Shown: positions 1 through 10,222, counted from the first letter of the stretch. The stretch: 64,000 nucleotides of DNA from Candidatus Chazhemtobacterium aquaticus (GCF_009936135.1 NZ_CP047901.1:280984-344983), one strand, 5' to 3'. Made by a program: numbers and translations. Notes: generated by a model from the sequence alone, not told the origin.

Positions 1-94
1 CTCGCAGGAATTTGGCCTTGTTCTTACTCCTCAACTTGACGCCAAACCAGGAGATCAAATCATCTCTTTTTCACCTCCACCTACCTTGATATAA
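1..94 (+). CDS. infB: 3' end of translation initiation factor IF-2 (partial)
   Basis: Frame 2 reads SQEFGLVLTPQLDAKPGDQIISF...* (TAA 92-94), resembling the IF-2 C-terminal EcG..D.k.GD.I pattern; sits upstream of a DHH gene, rpsO and pnp as in the usual infB neighbourhood. Confidence 0.7.
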   Translation, partial: SQEFGLVLTPQLDAKPGDQIISFSPPPTLI

Positions 95-150
95 TCACGC
101 CCTAGATTATTCACAAATCTGAAAATATAGGATATAATATCATCCATCTT

Positions 151-1089
151 ATGTTTGATCCTGATCAGCTAAATCAATTCAAAACTAAACTAAAGGACTC
201 AGCTTCCGTTCTAATTCTTCTTCCTCCTGAACCAGATGTTGATTCTCTCTCAGCTGCCTTAAGCCTTCATTTAACTCTTAAAAACTCTGGTAAGACCTCT
301 ACAGTCGGTTGTTCTACCCCTGCCAAAGTAGCCAGCTCTCACCTTTTTGGGATAAATCAACTAAAAACTAGCATCGGCAATCGTAATCTCGTTATCTCGT
401 TTGACTACCAAGAAGACTCTGCCGAAAACGTTTCCTATGACATTGATGAAAATACCCGCAAATTCAATCTCCGCATAAAACCCAAAGCCGGATCAGCCCC
501 CTTAGACACCTCTTCCATTAGCTATTCATATACTGGCGCCGAAGCTGATTTAGTTATTACTCTTAATATTAACTCGCTCGAAGAACTTGGCCGTCTTTAC
601 TCTGAAGAAAAGGAGTTTCTTGACCAATCTACCATTGCAAATATTAGCCTTGCGGCATCACCTTCTACCTTTGCTAGCATGAGTCTTAACTCCGACAAAT
701 TTTCCTGTCTAAGTGAACTTGTCGCCTTTTTACTTAAAAGTGTTGGGACGTCACCAACTGCAGATGCAGCCACTAATCTTTATGGCCAAATCTTATCAGT
801 CGTAAACAACTTCCAGTCTCCCAAGATTACCCCCGATACTCTTGAAACAGCCGCTTTTTTGCTTCGCAGTGGAGCTCAAACTCCTAAGTCCAAAGAACAA
901 CTGTCAAACCCCACACCCCCTCCATTCTTCTCTACTCCTCCAACCCCACCACAAGACAAATCCAATCAACCTCAAGGCGACTCAGTCACCCCTCCCCTCA
1001 CTCAGGCTACATCACCACAACCTGTTGCTACCGGCGTCCCCTCTGACTGGACTGGACCCAAAATTTACCGGGGATCTAGCCTAAAATAG
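151..1089 (+). CDS. DHH/NrnA-like phosphoesterase-fold protein with degenerate motifs and Pro-rich C-terminal tail
   Basis: N-terminal PDVDSLSAALSL (DxD motif I) and ADLVITL; no recognisable DHH triad; no DHHA1 domain. Confidence 0.6.
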   Translation: MFDPDQLNQFKTKLKDSASVLILLPPEPDVDSLSAALSLHLTLKNSGKTSTVGCSTPAKVASSHLFGINQLKTSIGNRNLVISFDYQEDSAENVSYDIDENTRKFNLRIKPKAGSAPLDTSSISYSYTGAEADLVITLNINSLEELGRLYSEEKEFLDQSTIANISLAASPSTFASMSLNSDKFSCLSELVAFLLKSVGTSPTADAATNLYGQILSVVNNFQSPKITPDTLETAAFLLRSGAQTPKSKEQLSNPTPPPFFSTPPTPPQDKSNQPQGDSVTPPLTQATSPQPVATGVPSDWTGPKIYRGSSLK

Positions 1090-1137
1090 CCTCATTTATC
1101 TTTTCTTTTACCACATCATCTGTTAAAATAAGCACCT

Positions 1138-1410
1138 ATGTTAACCCGAGAAGAAAAATCAACCATCATTAAAAAATTTGCTACTAGCAAATCTGATACC
1201 GGCTCTCCTAGTGTCCAGGTTGCTCTATTAACCAATCAGATCGATAAACTAGTTAACCACCTTAAGGGCCATAAGACTGATAACCACTCTCGTCGCGGTT
1301 TGCTAAAAATTGTTTCAAAACGTCGTCGACTTCTTAATTATCTAGCCAAGACCAATCCAAAGTCACTCCAGGATCTTACCTCAACCCTAAAAATTGGAAA
1401 AACAGTCTAA
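1138..1410 (+). CDS. rpsO: 30S ribosomal protein uS15
   Basis: [13 protein letters not shown]...[25 protein letters not shown]. Confidence 0.98.
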   Translation: MLTREEKSTIIKKFATSKSDTGSPSVQVALLTNQIDKLVNHLKGHKTDNHSRRGLLKIVSKRRRLLNYLAKTNPKSLQDLTSTLKIGKTV

Positions 1411-1475
1411 ACCCTAGATCAAAAGCAAATATCCAAGTTAACAATTATTGTTCTTATTAAAAACTATATTCATTA

Positions 1476-1552
1476 ACCGAGGCTGATCGTTGAGGACTCA
1501 GGCGTGTGAATCTCGTTCCCACCCCCGAATTCTCAACACTCTTCGTCCCGGT
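1476..1552 (+). promoter_or_regulatory. Long imperfect stem-loop in the pnp 5' leader
   Basis: Nested pairings ACCG/CGGT, GTTGAGGA/TTCTCAAC, GGcGTGtGAA/TTCcCACcCC; ends 6 nt before the pnp ATG. Confidence 0.55.
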
Positions 1553-1558
1553 CACCAT

Positions 1559-3796
1559 ATGACTCAAAACCCATCTCTATCTACCACCATCTCACTTGAT
1601 GGTACCCAAGATATTACTATCGAAGCTAATCGTTTTGCTCCCCAAGCGGCCGGATCCGCCCTTGTTCGCTCCGGCGACACTGTCGTCTTTGCGGCAGTGG
1701 TTTCCGGTAAACCCAAGGCAGACGTCGACTTCTTTCCTCTCACCGTTGAATATCGTGAAAAACACTACGCCGGTGGCATAATTAGCAGTAGCCGTTTCAT
1801 CAAACGCGAAAGTCGTCCTTCTGATAACGAAATCCTCACCGCTCGTCTGATTGATCGTTCTATCAGACCCCTATTTCCTAAGGGTTTTTACGATGATGTT
1901 CAAGTTATTGTCAGCCCCCTGTCTATAGATCAAGAATCAGAACCAGAAATTCTTTCTATCATCGCCGCCTCTGCTGCATTAAGCTTTTCCTCACTTCCTT
2001 GGGAAGGTCCCATTGGGGCCGTACGAGTTGGTATGGATGACAAGGGCCACTTCCTCATCAATCCCACCAATAGCCAAAAAACAAACTCCAAGCTCGACCT
2101 CGTTGTTTCAGGTGCCCAAGGATCTATTGCCATGGTTGAAGCAGGTGCCCATGAAGTTAACGAATCTACCGTCCTTGAAGCCCTAGATCATGGCCAAAAA
2201 AATATTGACCTAATCATCAAAGCCATCTCTGATTTAGCTGCAAAACTAGGTAAATCAAAACTTCAGGTCGAGCCAGAAAAATTCGATGCAACTCTAGTCA
2301 AACTTGTTGAAGACAAACTTGATGTCAATCAAATTCTCTCTGATAGTAAAACCAATGGCGGCGAAGGCATTAACATTTCAAATCTTGTTGATCAGCTAAT
2401 CAACGACGATCAAGAAATCGACCGCATTCAGGTGGCCAAGCTCATCGATGATCGTATTAGAAACGCCATCCGTTCCCAGTTGCTTGATAAAAACACTCGT
2501 TTTGATGGTCGTGCCATAGATGAAATACGCCAACTCTCTTCCGAAGTAAGCCTCTTGCCCCGCACACACGGATCAGCCCTCTTTATGCGTGGACTTACTC
2601 ACGTTCTTTCCACTGTTACTCTCGCCTCTCCTGGTTCTGAGCAACTCATCGAAGGCATGAAGGGCGAGCAAACCAAGCGCTACATGCACCATTACAACAT
2701 GCCTCCCTATGCGACCGGTGAACCCGGAAGAATAGGTGGTCCCAACCGTAGAGAAATTGGTCATGGAGCCTTAGCCGAGCGAGCCCTCGAGCCTGTTCTA
2801 CCCTCACAAGATCAATTTTCTTACACCATCAGAGTTGTTTCTGAAGTACTAAGCGGCAATGGTAGCACCTCCCAAGCCTCTGTCTGTGGGTCTACCCTTG
2901 CTCTAATGGACGCCGGAGTACCCATCAAAAAACCAGTCGCTGGCATAGCCATGGGCCTAATCACCGATGGTAAAAAGTACATCACCTTAACTGATATTGC
3001 AGGACTTGAAGACCATTTTGGAGATATGGACTTCAAGGTAGCTGGAACCGTTGATGGTATAACCGCTATTCAAATGGACGTCAAGGTTACTGGTGTTAGT
3101 GCCCAAGTACTTAAAGACGCTCTCGAACAAGCCAGAGTTGGTCGTCTTGCCATTCTTGAAAATATGAAAAAAACCATTGATCAGCCTCGGTCTCAGCTTT
3201 CCCCATTTGCCCCTCGCGTTGTTACATTACAAATTGACCCAACAAAAATTGGTGTAGTTATTGGCCCTGGAGGTAAAACCATTCGCCCAATTCAGGAAGA
3301 TCTTGACGTCGAGATCAATATCGAGGATGACGGACTAGTCAGCATCACGGGTACAAATCCTGAGAACGTCAATCAAGCCAAAAAAATGATCGAAGATCTT
3401 ACCGCCGAGGTTGAAGTTGGTAAAGTCTATTCCGGAAAGGTTCAGCGAATTCAGCCTTTTGGAGCTTTTGTTGAAATCCTCCCCGGTAAAGACGGTCTCG
3501 TCCATGTTAGCAACATGGGTAAGGAGTTTGTCTCTGATCCACATCAACTAGTCAAAGAAGGCGATCAGGTTCAGGTCAAGGTTTTTGAAATAGACTCTCA
3601 AGGTAGAGTTAACCTCACCATGAATCTTGATGACAATCCTGCCAGTCGAGACAGAACCACTTCTCCACGAAGAGAATCGCGTCAAGACCAATCATCTAGA
3701 CCCTCCCAGACTAGATCAAGCCGACCGCGCACCTCAAACAAACCAGGTGCTACCAGAAATGAGTCTCGCTTTTCTCGTTTCAACGACAAGCGCTAA
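1559..3796 (+). CDS. pnp: Polyribonucleotide nucleotidyltransferase (PNPase)
   Basis: FFPLTVEY, RLIDRSIRP, RREIGHG, GDMDFKVAG, KH and S1 domains; ATG 1559 preferred over TTG 1490. Confidence 0.97.
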   Translation: MTQNPSLSTTISLDGTQDITIEANRFAPQAAGSALVRSGDTVVFAAVVSGKPKADVDFFPLTVEYREKHYAGGIISSSRFIKRESRPSDNEILTARLIDRSIRPLFPKGFYDDVQVIVSPLSIDQESEPEILSIIAASAALSFSSLPWEGPIGAVRVGMDDKGHFLINPTNSQKTNSKLDLVVSGAQGSIAMVEAGAHEVNESTVLEALDHGQKNIDLIIKAISDLAAKLGKSKLQVEPEKFDATLVKLVEDKLDVNQILSDSKTNGGEGINISNLVDQLINDDQEIDRIQVAKLIDDRIRNAIRSQLLDKNTRFDGRAIDEIRQLSSEVSLLPRTHGSALFMRGLTHVLSTVTLASPGSEQLIEGMKGEQTKRYMHHYNMPPYATGEPGRIGGPNRREIGHGALAERALEPVLPSQDQFSYTIRVVSEVLSGNGSTSQASVCGSTLALMDAGVPIKKPVAGIAMGLITDGKKYITLTDIAGLEDHFGDMDFKVAGTVDGITAIQMDVKVTGVSAQVLKDALEQARVGRLAILENMKKTIDQPRSQLSPFAPRVVTLQIDPTKIGVVIGPGGKTIRPIQEDLDVEINIEDDGLVSITGTNPENVNQAKKMIEDLTAEVEVGKVYSGKVQRIQPFGAFVEILPGKDGLVHVSNMGKEFVSDPHQLVKEGDQVQVKVFEIDSQGRVNLTMNLDDNPASRDRTTSPRRESRQDQSSRPSQTRSSRPRTSNKPGATRNESRFSRFNDKR

Positions 3797-3824
3797 GTCT
3801 CCGCCACTTCGCTATACTTAAATC

Positions 3825-4886
3825 ATGGAACCCACCTCCTCCTCTTCGTCTGCCAATCAAGACATCATTAAGCTTCGTGCTCAACTAGACTCTGTAGTGG
3901 TTCCTCCAGATCTTCATGCCCAGGCGACCGAGATGATCGATCGTCTTGAGCGTATGATCAATCAAGGTTTTTATACCGAGGAATTTGAACGCACCCGTCA
4001 CTATCTTAACTGGATTACTGCCCTACCTTGGGACAAGCGGGTTACTCAGCCCATTGATCTAAACACAATCGCTCAAACACTCGAGCAACACCACTATGGT
4101 ATGCAGGAAGTAAAAGACAGGATCCTCGAATACATGTCTGTCTACAAACTTCGTCAATCTCAAAGCGATGGTATCGCCCGTTCACCCCTCATATTTTTAG
4201 TTGGACTCGTCGGTACTGGTAAGACTACTTTTGCATCCGCACTCTCTCAGGCTCTAGGTCGACCCCTAGGACGCATTCCCTTTGGTGGCATGGGTTCAGC
4301 CCGTGACCTTCGCGGTCAGTCTCGCCTTCATCTCGAAGCTGAACCTGGTTACGTGATTAAAGCACTTAAACAAGCGGGGGTTAAGAACCCAATCATTCTT
4401 CTTGACGAAATTGACCGTGTCTCTGAATCTGCCCGCACCGACATTATGGGTGTCTTAGTTGAACTTCTCGATCCTGAGCAAAACAAAGCTTTTCTGGACC
4501 ACTACATCGACTATCCCGTCGATCTCTCCGAAGTGCTATTTCTGGCAACAGCCAACAACACTACCAATATTGCCACCGCTGTTCTCGATCGTCTCGAACC
4601 GATTCGCATGCCTAGCTACTCAGACGAAGAAAAAATCCATATTGCTCGCGAGTATCTGCTCCCTCGTGTTTTGGAAGAATCTGGACTTTCTGCTCAACAG
4701 CTTAACATTGATGACTCTCTCTGGCCACAAATTACCCGACCCTTAGGCTATGACGCCGGTATTCGTACTCTCAAACGCACCCTCGAAGGCATAGCCAGAA
4801 AAGTTGCTCGCCAAATCGTTGCTGGGCAAATTCAATCAGCTCACATTACCCCGGAAAACATCAAAACTTTTCTTCCCAAATGGTAA
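3825..4886 (+). CDS. Lon-type AAA+ ATPase module without N-terminal or protease domain
   Basis: HYGMQEVKDRILEY, Walker A GLVGTGKTT, Walker B ILLDEID, LLDPEQN..FLDHY, DLSEVLFLATAN, GIRTLKR; ends at 353 aa. Confidence 0.85.
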   Translation: MEPTSSSSSANQDIIKLRAQLDSVVVPPDLHAQATEMIDRLERMINQGFYTEEFERTRHYLNWITALPWDKRVTQPIDLNTIAQTLEQHHYGMQEVKDRILEYMSVYKLRQSQSDGIARSPLIFLVGLVGTGKTTFASALSQALGRPLGRIPFGGMGSARDLRGQSRLHLEAEPGYVIKALKQAGVKNPIILLDEIDRVSESARTDIMGVLVELLDPEQNKAFLDHYIDYPVDLSEVLFLATANNTTNIATAVLDRLEPIRMPSYSDEEKIHIAREYLLPRVLEESGLSAQQLNIDDSLWPQITRPLGYDAGIRTLKRTLEGIARKVARQIVAGQIQSAHITPENIKTFLPKW

Positions 4887-4989
4887 TCATTACTCGCTGA
4901 TATAATCCTAGCAATTCACTACATATCTCATGCAACATTTTCTATACCACCAATTACCTTTAAATTTAAATTAAATTAACAATAATAAA

Positions 4990-6651
4990 ATGAAAAATCT
5001 AATTTCAAAAACTTTAAGAATCATCCCCCTAGGCGGCAATGGTGAAGTCACCAAAAACATGTACGTCTATGAATATGGCAACGATCAAATCGTAGTTGAC
5101 TGTGGCATGGGCTTCCCTAAAGCAGGAATGCTTGGGGTCGATATTCTTATTCCCGACGTTGAATACCTCGAGAAATCCCGCAAAAACCTTCGAGCTATCG
5201 TTCTCACCCATGGACACGAAGACCACATTGGCGGCTTGCCCTACATTCTCCCACGTCTCCCCAAAAATCTACCCGTCTACGGATCAACACTTACCACGGC
5301 ACTAGCCGAAACCAAAGTTAGAGAATACGGTCTTACTAATCCCTTCCACGCTGTCGAAGACAAACTCAATCTTGGCCCTTTCAATATTGACCTAATTCAT
5401 ATCACTCACTCCATCCCCAATTGTAAACACTTGCTAATCAAAACCCCTGCCGGGACGGTTTATCATGGGGCTGACTTTAAATTTGACCTCAATCCACCTG
5501 ACGGTAAACCGCCCGCCTTACAAGCAATTGCTCAGGCCGGAATCAACGGTGTTGACCTTCTAGTTTCTGACTGTCTTGGAGTTGAGCGTCCAGGTTTTAC
5601 CGCCCCAGAGCGTGATATTGAAGCCATCTTCGAGCAGGAACTCCAAAAAACTAAAGGCAAATTTATTGTCACCGCTATTTCTTCCTCAGTTTCCAGGTTA
5701 GGCATGGCCATAAATGTTGCTGCTCGTCATGGTCGAAAAGTAGCTATTCTGGGTCGCAGTGTAGATCGCAATATGAGTCTAGCAGCCAAGCTAGGCTTCA
5801 TTTCTTTCCCCAAAAACACCATGATTAACTCTCATCAAATTAAAAATTTCAAAGACTCTCAGCTAACCCTTATTGTTGCTGGTTCTCAGGGCCAAGAAGG
5901 TTCAGCTATGCAAAGAGCTGCAGCCGGTGAACACAAGAACGTCCAGCTCAAACCAGGTGATCGCGTTGTCATTAGTTCAGACATTATTCCTGGAGGAGAA
6001 TCAAACGTCCACGACTTAATCAATAGTCTAGCCAAAAAAGATATTGATGTTGCCTACGGATCATCTGAACAACTTCATGTCTCTGGCCACGGTCATCGCG
6101 GAGAACTTGAGCTACTTGTTCGTCTTCTCAATCCTAAAAACATCTTTCCAGTCGGAGGAGAAGTTCGTCATCAAAAAGCCTACCGTCGCATGGCAGTAAA
6201 CCTTGGTTTGTCTTCCCAATCCATCTTCATACCCAATGACGGGCAGTCCTTAGTTCTAAGTAAAAACCAGGTGCGATATGGCGACACCGTTGAATTAAAA
6301 AACATCTACGTTGATGGCTTAGGAATCGGGGATGTTGGCAAGGTTGTCCTTCGCGATCGTCAAGTCATGAGCCAGGACGGTATACTAGTCGTCATTGTCC
6401 CCATCCGCCATGACACCAGTAAAGTTAGTGGTGATATAGAAATTGTTTCTCGCGGTTTTGTTTACGTTAAAGAGAGCAAAGAATTAATCGATGAGATTAA
6501 AGCTAAGGTCAAACAAGCCCTCAAAGACCAGCAAGGCATCGTAACTGACTGGAGCTTTCTCCGTCAAAAAATCTCCCTCTCTCTTGAGAAATTTATCTAC
6601 TTCAAAACCGAAAGAAGTCCCCTTATTCTTCCCGTTATTGTTGAAGTCTAA
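4990..6651 (+). CDS. rnj: Ribonuclease J
   Basis: IIPLGG.GEVTKN, HGHEDH, THSIP, GSQGQ, HVSGHG, ISRGF-like C-terminus. Confidence 0.96.
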   Translation: MKNLISKTLRIIPLGGNGEVTKNMYVYEYGNDQIVVDCGMGFPKAGMLGVDILIPDVEYLEKSRKNLRAIVLTHGHEDHIGGLPYILPRLPKNLPVYGSTLTTALAETKVREYGLTNPFHAVEDKLNLGPFNIDLIHITHSIPNCKHLLIKTPAGTVYHGADFKFDLNPPDGKPPALQAIAQAGINGVDLLVSDCLGVERPGFTAPERDIEAIFEQELQKTKGKFIVTAISSSVSRLGMAINVAARHGRKVAILGRSVDRNMSLAAKLGFISFPKNTMINSHQIKNFKDSQLTLIVAGSQGQEGSAMQRAAAGEHKNVQLKPGDRVVISSDIIPGGESNVHDLINSLAKKDIDVAYGSSEQLHVSGHGHRGELELLVRLLNPKNIFPVGGEVRHQKAYRRMAVNLGLSSQSIFIPNDGQSLVLSKNQVRYGDTVELKNIYVDGLGIGDVGKVVLRDRQVMSQDGILVVIVPIRHDTSKVSGDIEIVSRGFVYVKESKELIDEIKAKVKQALKDQQGIVTDWSFLRQKISLSLEKFIYFKTERSPLILPVIVEV

Positions 6652-6710
6652 TTAGTTTTTTCAAGCTCTAAAAAACTTCTTTTTCATACAACTTAAGCTA
6701 TACTCATAGT

Positions 6711-8813
6711 ATGGCCAGAAAACGCGGTCGCCGCAGTAAACCCTTCAAACTTTCCCTTAAGCAAGACACTTTAAGCTCGATTGCTGCGATTATAATTATC
6801 AGCTTTGGCGGACTCATCAGCATCTCCTTTTCTCGTCAAGGACCAGTTTTAACCAAAATATTTGACATTGGATCCTCTCTCTTTGGTTGGGCTCTTATTT
6901 TTCTCCCCTTTATCTTCATATCTGGAGGCCTGTTAGTCACCAAGGTTAAGTGGCAAATCTCCAAACCCAATGTATTTCTTGGCTCACTTATCTCCCTCCT
7001 CTCTCTTACTGGACTGACTCAAGCTGGCAACATTGGCGACCAAGTCTTTGGTTCCATAGCCGCTCTAATTACCTCCGCCGGCTCGTTTCTCTTCTTTTTA
7101 TCAGGAACCATCATTGGCATACTTATCCTTTTTGAAACATCGATTGAAGATCTTCTCGCCCTTTTCCAGAAAATGTCTGAAGATGCCAAGAAAGCATCAT
7201 CTGCTCTACCCAAGCCTGGCCGCATTAAACAAGCTGGGGTTCTTCCCTCCCGCGAGCTTAAGATTAAAGGTATTGGTGATGATGGTGACAAAACCAAAAC
7301 TAGCGATTCCCCAGCTGTAGAAGAGTCAACTTCTCAACCCCAAGCCTTAAGCAATCAACCTGGAGACGACTCGGCCATCTGGGAAGCTCCTCCAGTTTCT
7401 CTCCTTCAAGATGCCAAAGTCGGTAAAGCTGATCGCGGCGATGTCCGTGCCAACGCCCGCATCATTGAAGATACTCTTGAGGCCTTTGGTATTACTGCCA
7501 AAACTGTTGAAATTAATGCCGGTCCAGCTGTTACCCAATACGCCATTGAGGTTGCTATTGGCACCAAGTTAAGTAAAATCGTCGCTCTTCAAAATGATCT
7601 TGCTTTAGCTCTCTCCGCTCCTCAAGGACAGATCCGCATCGAAGCACCCATACCTGGCCGCAATCTGGTTGGTATAGAAGTTCCCAACCACTCACTCGAA
7701 TTTGTCAATCTCAAGCAAATGCTCGTTTCTGACGTAATGAAAACCTCCAAGAGCAAGCTTACCGTTGCTCTAGGTCTTAACGTTGCCGGTGAACCCACTG
7801 TTGCCGACATAACCAAAATGCCTCATGTACTTATTGCTGGCGCCACGGGATCAGGTAAATCTGTTGCTATCAACGCTTTCATAGCCAGTATTCTCTTTCG
7901 TGCTTCACCTGCCGAAGTCAAGTTTATCCTTGTTGACCCTAAAAGAGTTGAACTTACCGGATATGACGGTATTCCTCACCTCTTAACACCTGTCATCACT
8001 GATCCAGAGAAAGTTGTTTCTGCCCTAAAATGGTCTCTCCAAGAAATGGAACGTCGTTACAAGCTTTTTGCCGAAGTCAAAGTTAGAAACATAGCTGCCT
8101 ATAATGAGCTTTCTGGATTCCAGGCTATGCCCTATATCGTTATTGTTATTGACGAGCTAGCAGACATCATGCTCTTTGCTCCGTCCGAGGTCGAAGACAG
8201 TATCACTAGAATTGCCCAAATGGCCCGTGCGGTCGGTATCCATCTAGTTCTCGCTACCCAACGTCCCTCCACCGATGTCATTACTGGTTTAATCAAGGCT
8301 AATATTCCCTGCCGTATCGCCTTCAATGTAGCATCCATGATTGATTCTCGCGTCATTCTCGACTCTCCAGGGGCAGAAAAACTACTTGGCAGGGGAGACA
8401 TGCTTTATATACCTCCCGACCAGGCCAAACCTCGCCGCATTCAGGGTACGTTTGTTGATGATAAGGAAATCGCGTCTCTTATCGAATATCTAAAACAACA
8501 AGGTCTCAAGCCTGAATACTCCCAAGAAGTCATTGAAACCAAAACAGTCTCAGGAGCAACCGCTCCCAACGGGGCCACCATCGACGATGTCGACGACCTC
8601 TTTGAAGATGCTGTTCGAGTCTGTGTTAACTACGACAAGGCTTCTGCCTCTCTGCTTCAAAGACGCCTTTCCATTGGCTATGCTCGCGCCGCTCGCATCC
8701 TAGACCAACTCCAAAAAGCGGGAGTCGTTTCTGCCCCTGATGGCAGCAAGCCTCGTGACGTCCTCATTAAATCCGCAGATGAATTTTTTGCCCGAATACA
8801 AAGTGATGAATAA
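6711..8813 (+). CDS. ftsK: DNA translocase FtsK/SpoIIIE
   Basis: N-terminal TM segments, PHVLIAGATGSGKS, IDELADIM, GAEKLLGRGDML, gamma domain ASLLQRRLSIGYARAARI. Confidence 0.96.
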   Translation: MARKRGRRSKPFKLSLKQDTLSSIAAIIIISFGGLISISFSRQGPVLTKIFDIGSSLFGWALIFLPFIFISGGLLVTKVKWQISKPNVFLGSLISLLSLTGLTQAGNIGDQVFGSIAALITSAGSFLFFLSGTIIGILILFETSIEDLLALFQKMSEDAKKASSALPKPGRIKQAGVLPSRELKIKGIGDDGDKTKTSDSPAVEESTSQPQALSNQPGDDSAIWEAPPVSLLQDAKVGKADRGDVRANARIIEDTLEAFGITAKTVEINAGPAVTQYAIEVAIGTKLSKIVALQNDLALALSAPQGQIRIEAPIPGRNLVGIEVPNHSLEFVNLKQMLVSDVMKTSKSKLTVALGLNVAGEPTVADITKMPHVLIAGATGSGKSVAINAFIASILFRASPAEVKFILVDPKRVELTGYDGIPHLLTPVITDPEKVVSALKWSLQEMERRYKLFAEVKVRNIAAYNELSGFQAMPYIVIVIDELADIMLFAPSEVEDSITRIAQMARAVGIHLVLATQRPSTDVITGLIKANIPCRIAFNVASMIDSRVILDSPGAEKLLGRGDMLYIPPDQAKPRRIQGTFVDDKEIASLIEYLKQQGLKPEYSQEVIETKTVSGATAPNGATIDDVDDLFEDAVRVCVNYDKASASLLQRRLSIGYARAARILDQLQKAGVVSAPDGSKPRDVLIKSADEFFARIQSDE

Positions 8814-8821
8814 CTTCTCTT

Positions 8822-9460
8822 ATGAAGACACTTGGTGAACTTCTCCACACCGCTCGTTCTGCCAAAAACTACTCTCTTGAGGATATCGCCCGTATCACCA
8901 AAATTGAAATCAAACATATCCGCGCCCTCGAGAATAACGATTACGGCTCTCTACCTCACAGCACCTTCACCAAGGGCTTTATACGAAGCTATGCCAAAAC
9001 CGTAGGCAAAAACCCAGACGAACTTATCGCCATCTATCGTCGCGACTCAGTTGAACAAGCCCAAACATCTCCCCCCGGAAGCGGACTTAATTTTTCTCTT
9101 AAAAACTCACTTCTTTCTATTTCAAAATCTACTCTCATACCCCTTGTCATTGGTATCCTAGTTTTTTTCGGCTACCTTACCTTTCAGTATCGAGCTTTAC
9201 TTCTTCCTCCTCATTTAATCATTACTCAACCATCTCCTTCAGCAGTAGTTGTTTCACCCGTCACTATAGAGGGAAAAACCTCTCCAGACTCCATCATAAC
9301 CATCAACCAGGACACTCGCGTTAAACCAGATCAGTCAGGTATTTTTCTAACCCAGATAAACTTTGCTCCTGGCGATTACCAAATTTCGATCTCAGCCACT
9401 AACCGTTTTAATCGCACCTCTACAAAAACACTAAACATCAGTGTTATCAGCAAGGAATAA
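8822..9460 (+). CDS. RodZ-like HTH membrane protein with C-terminal beta-rich (Ig-like) domain
   Basis: LGELL..AR...SLEDIA...I.ALE...LP...F.KGF.R.YA HTH pattern, one TM segment, directly after ftsK. Confidence 0.75.
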   Translation: MKTLGELLHTARSAKNYSLEDIARITKIEIKHIRALENNDYGSLPHSTFTKGFIRSYAKTVGKNPDELIAIYRRDSVEQAQTSPPGSGLNFSLKNSLLSISKSTLIPLVIGILVFFGYLTFQYRALLLPPHLIITQPSPSAVVVSPVTIEGKTSPDSIITINQDTRVKPDQSGIFLTQINFAPGDYQISISATNRFNRTSTKTLNISVISKE

Positions 9461-9555
9461 TGTAAATCTTTAATAAAGAGATTGATTCCACCGACTCTCT
9501 CAATTAATTCCAACTTGCCCTTTATTAAGCTGTATAGTTAAATTAAATCTACCTT

Positions 9556-9855
9556 ATGGTTACCTTCACCCAAGCTTTACTTATCATTGTCATCACCATT
9601 CTTTCTTTCATCATCACTGCTGTTGGCATTCAACTTTTTTTGCTTATCAAAGATCTTCGCACCACCATTTCTCGTACCAACTCCATACTTGATCAAACCG
9701 AGACTCTCATCAACAAACTCTCTCATCCTGCCGCCAGCATGAACAATCTGCTTACTGGTCTCAAAGAAGGAGTTACCGTAATCGAAACCATCGCTGCCTT
9801 TTTTACCAAACGAAAACAACAATCTCCTTCCCCCTACAACTATGACGAACTCTAG
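9556..9855 (+). CDS. YtxG/DUF948-like membrane-anchored coiled-coil protein
   Basis: N-terminal TM helix then amphipathic helix; paired with a YtxH-like gene. Confidence 0.5.
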   Translation: MVTFTQALLIIVITILSFIITAVGIQLFLLIKDLRTTISRTNSILDQTETLINKLSHPAASMNNLLTGLKEGVTVIETIAAFFTKRKQQSPSPYNYDEL

Positions 9856-10198
9856 ACTGGACCGCCAAATCATCTATCAAGACAACTCGCTCTCCTCATT
9901 CATCACTGGTGTTGCCCTTGGTGCCGTCGCTGCCCTACTCTTAGGAACCAAAGAAGGCAGGGTTCTCACTCGTAAACTCAAAGAAAACCTTTCTTCGTTA
10001 ACCGAGGAAATAAAACCTTTTCTTGATGATCTGCCCCCCAAAGCTCACAATCTTGTCGAAAATCTCAAACACCAGAATAATGACCTAACTCCTCTTCCTC
10101 CCGACTTAGCACCTCCCGCTCCACCTTCTGATCTTTCATCAAGACTTCATCGCGATAATCCTCCCCCAACCTTCACCCAACGAGGTAAACCTCTCTAA
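9842..10198 (+). CDS. YtxH-domain protein
   Basis: FITGVALGAVAALLLGTKEGRVLTRKL matches the YtxH G..G...ALL.AP..G..R pattern. Confidence 0.65.
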   Translation: MTNSRLDRQIIYQDNSLSSFITGVALGAVAALLLGTKEGRVLTRKLKENLSSLTEEIKPFLDDLPPKAHNLVENLKHQNNDLTPLPPDLAPPAPPSDLSSRLHRDNPPPTFTQRGKPL

Positions 10199-10222
10199 GG
10201 CTAGCCCTGATATAATTTACCC

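Noticed and set aside
107-115. TTATTCACA DnaA-box match as a possible origin
   Set aside because: Single box, with no cluster and no dnaA nearby
1490-1558. N-terminal extensions from TTG/GTG starts (pnp here; likewise rpsL, rpsH, rplF, miaB, ruvX)
   Set aside because: Family homology begins at the downstream ATG in each case
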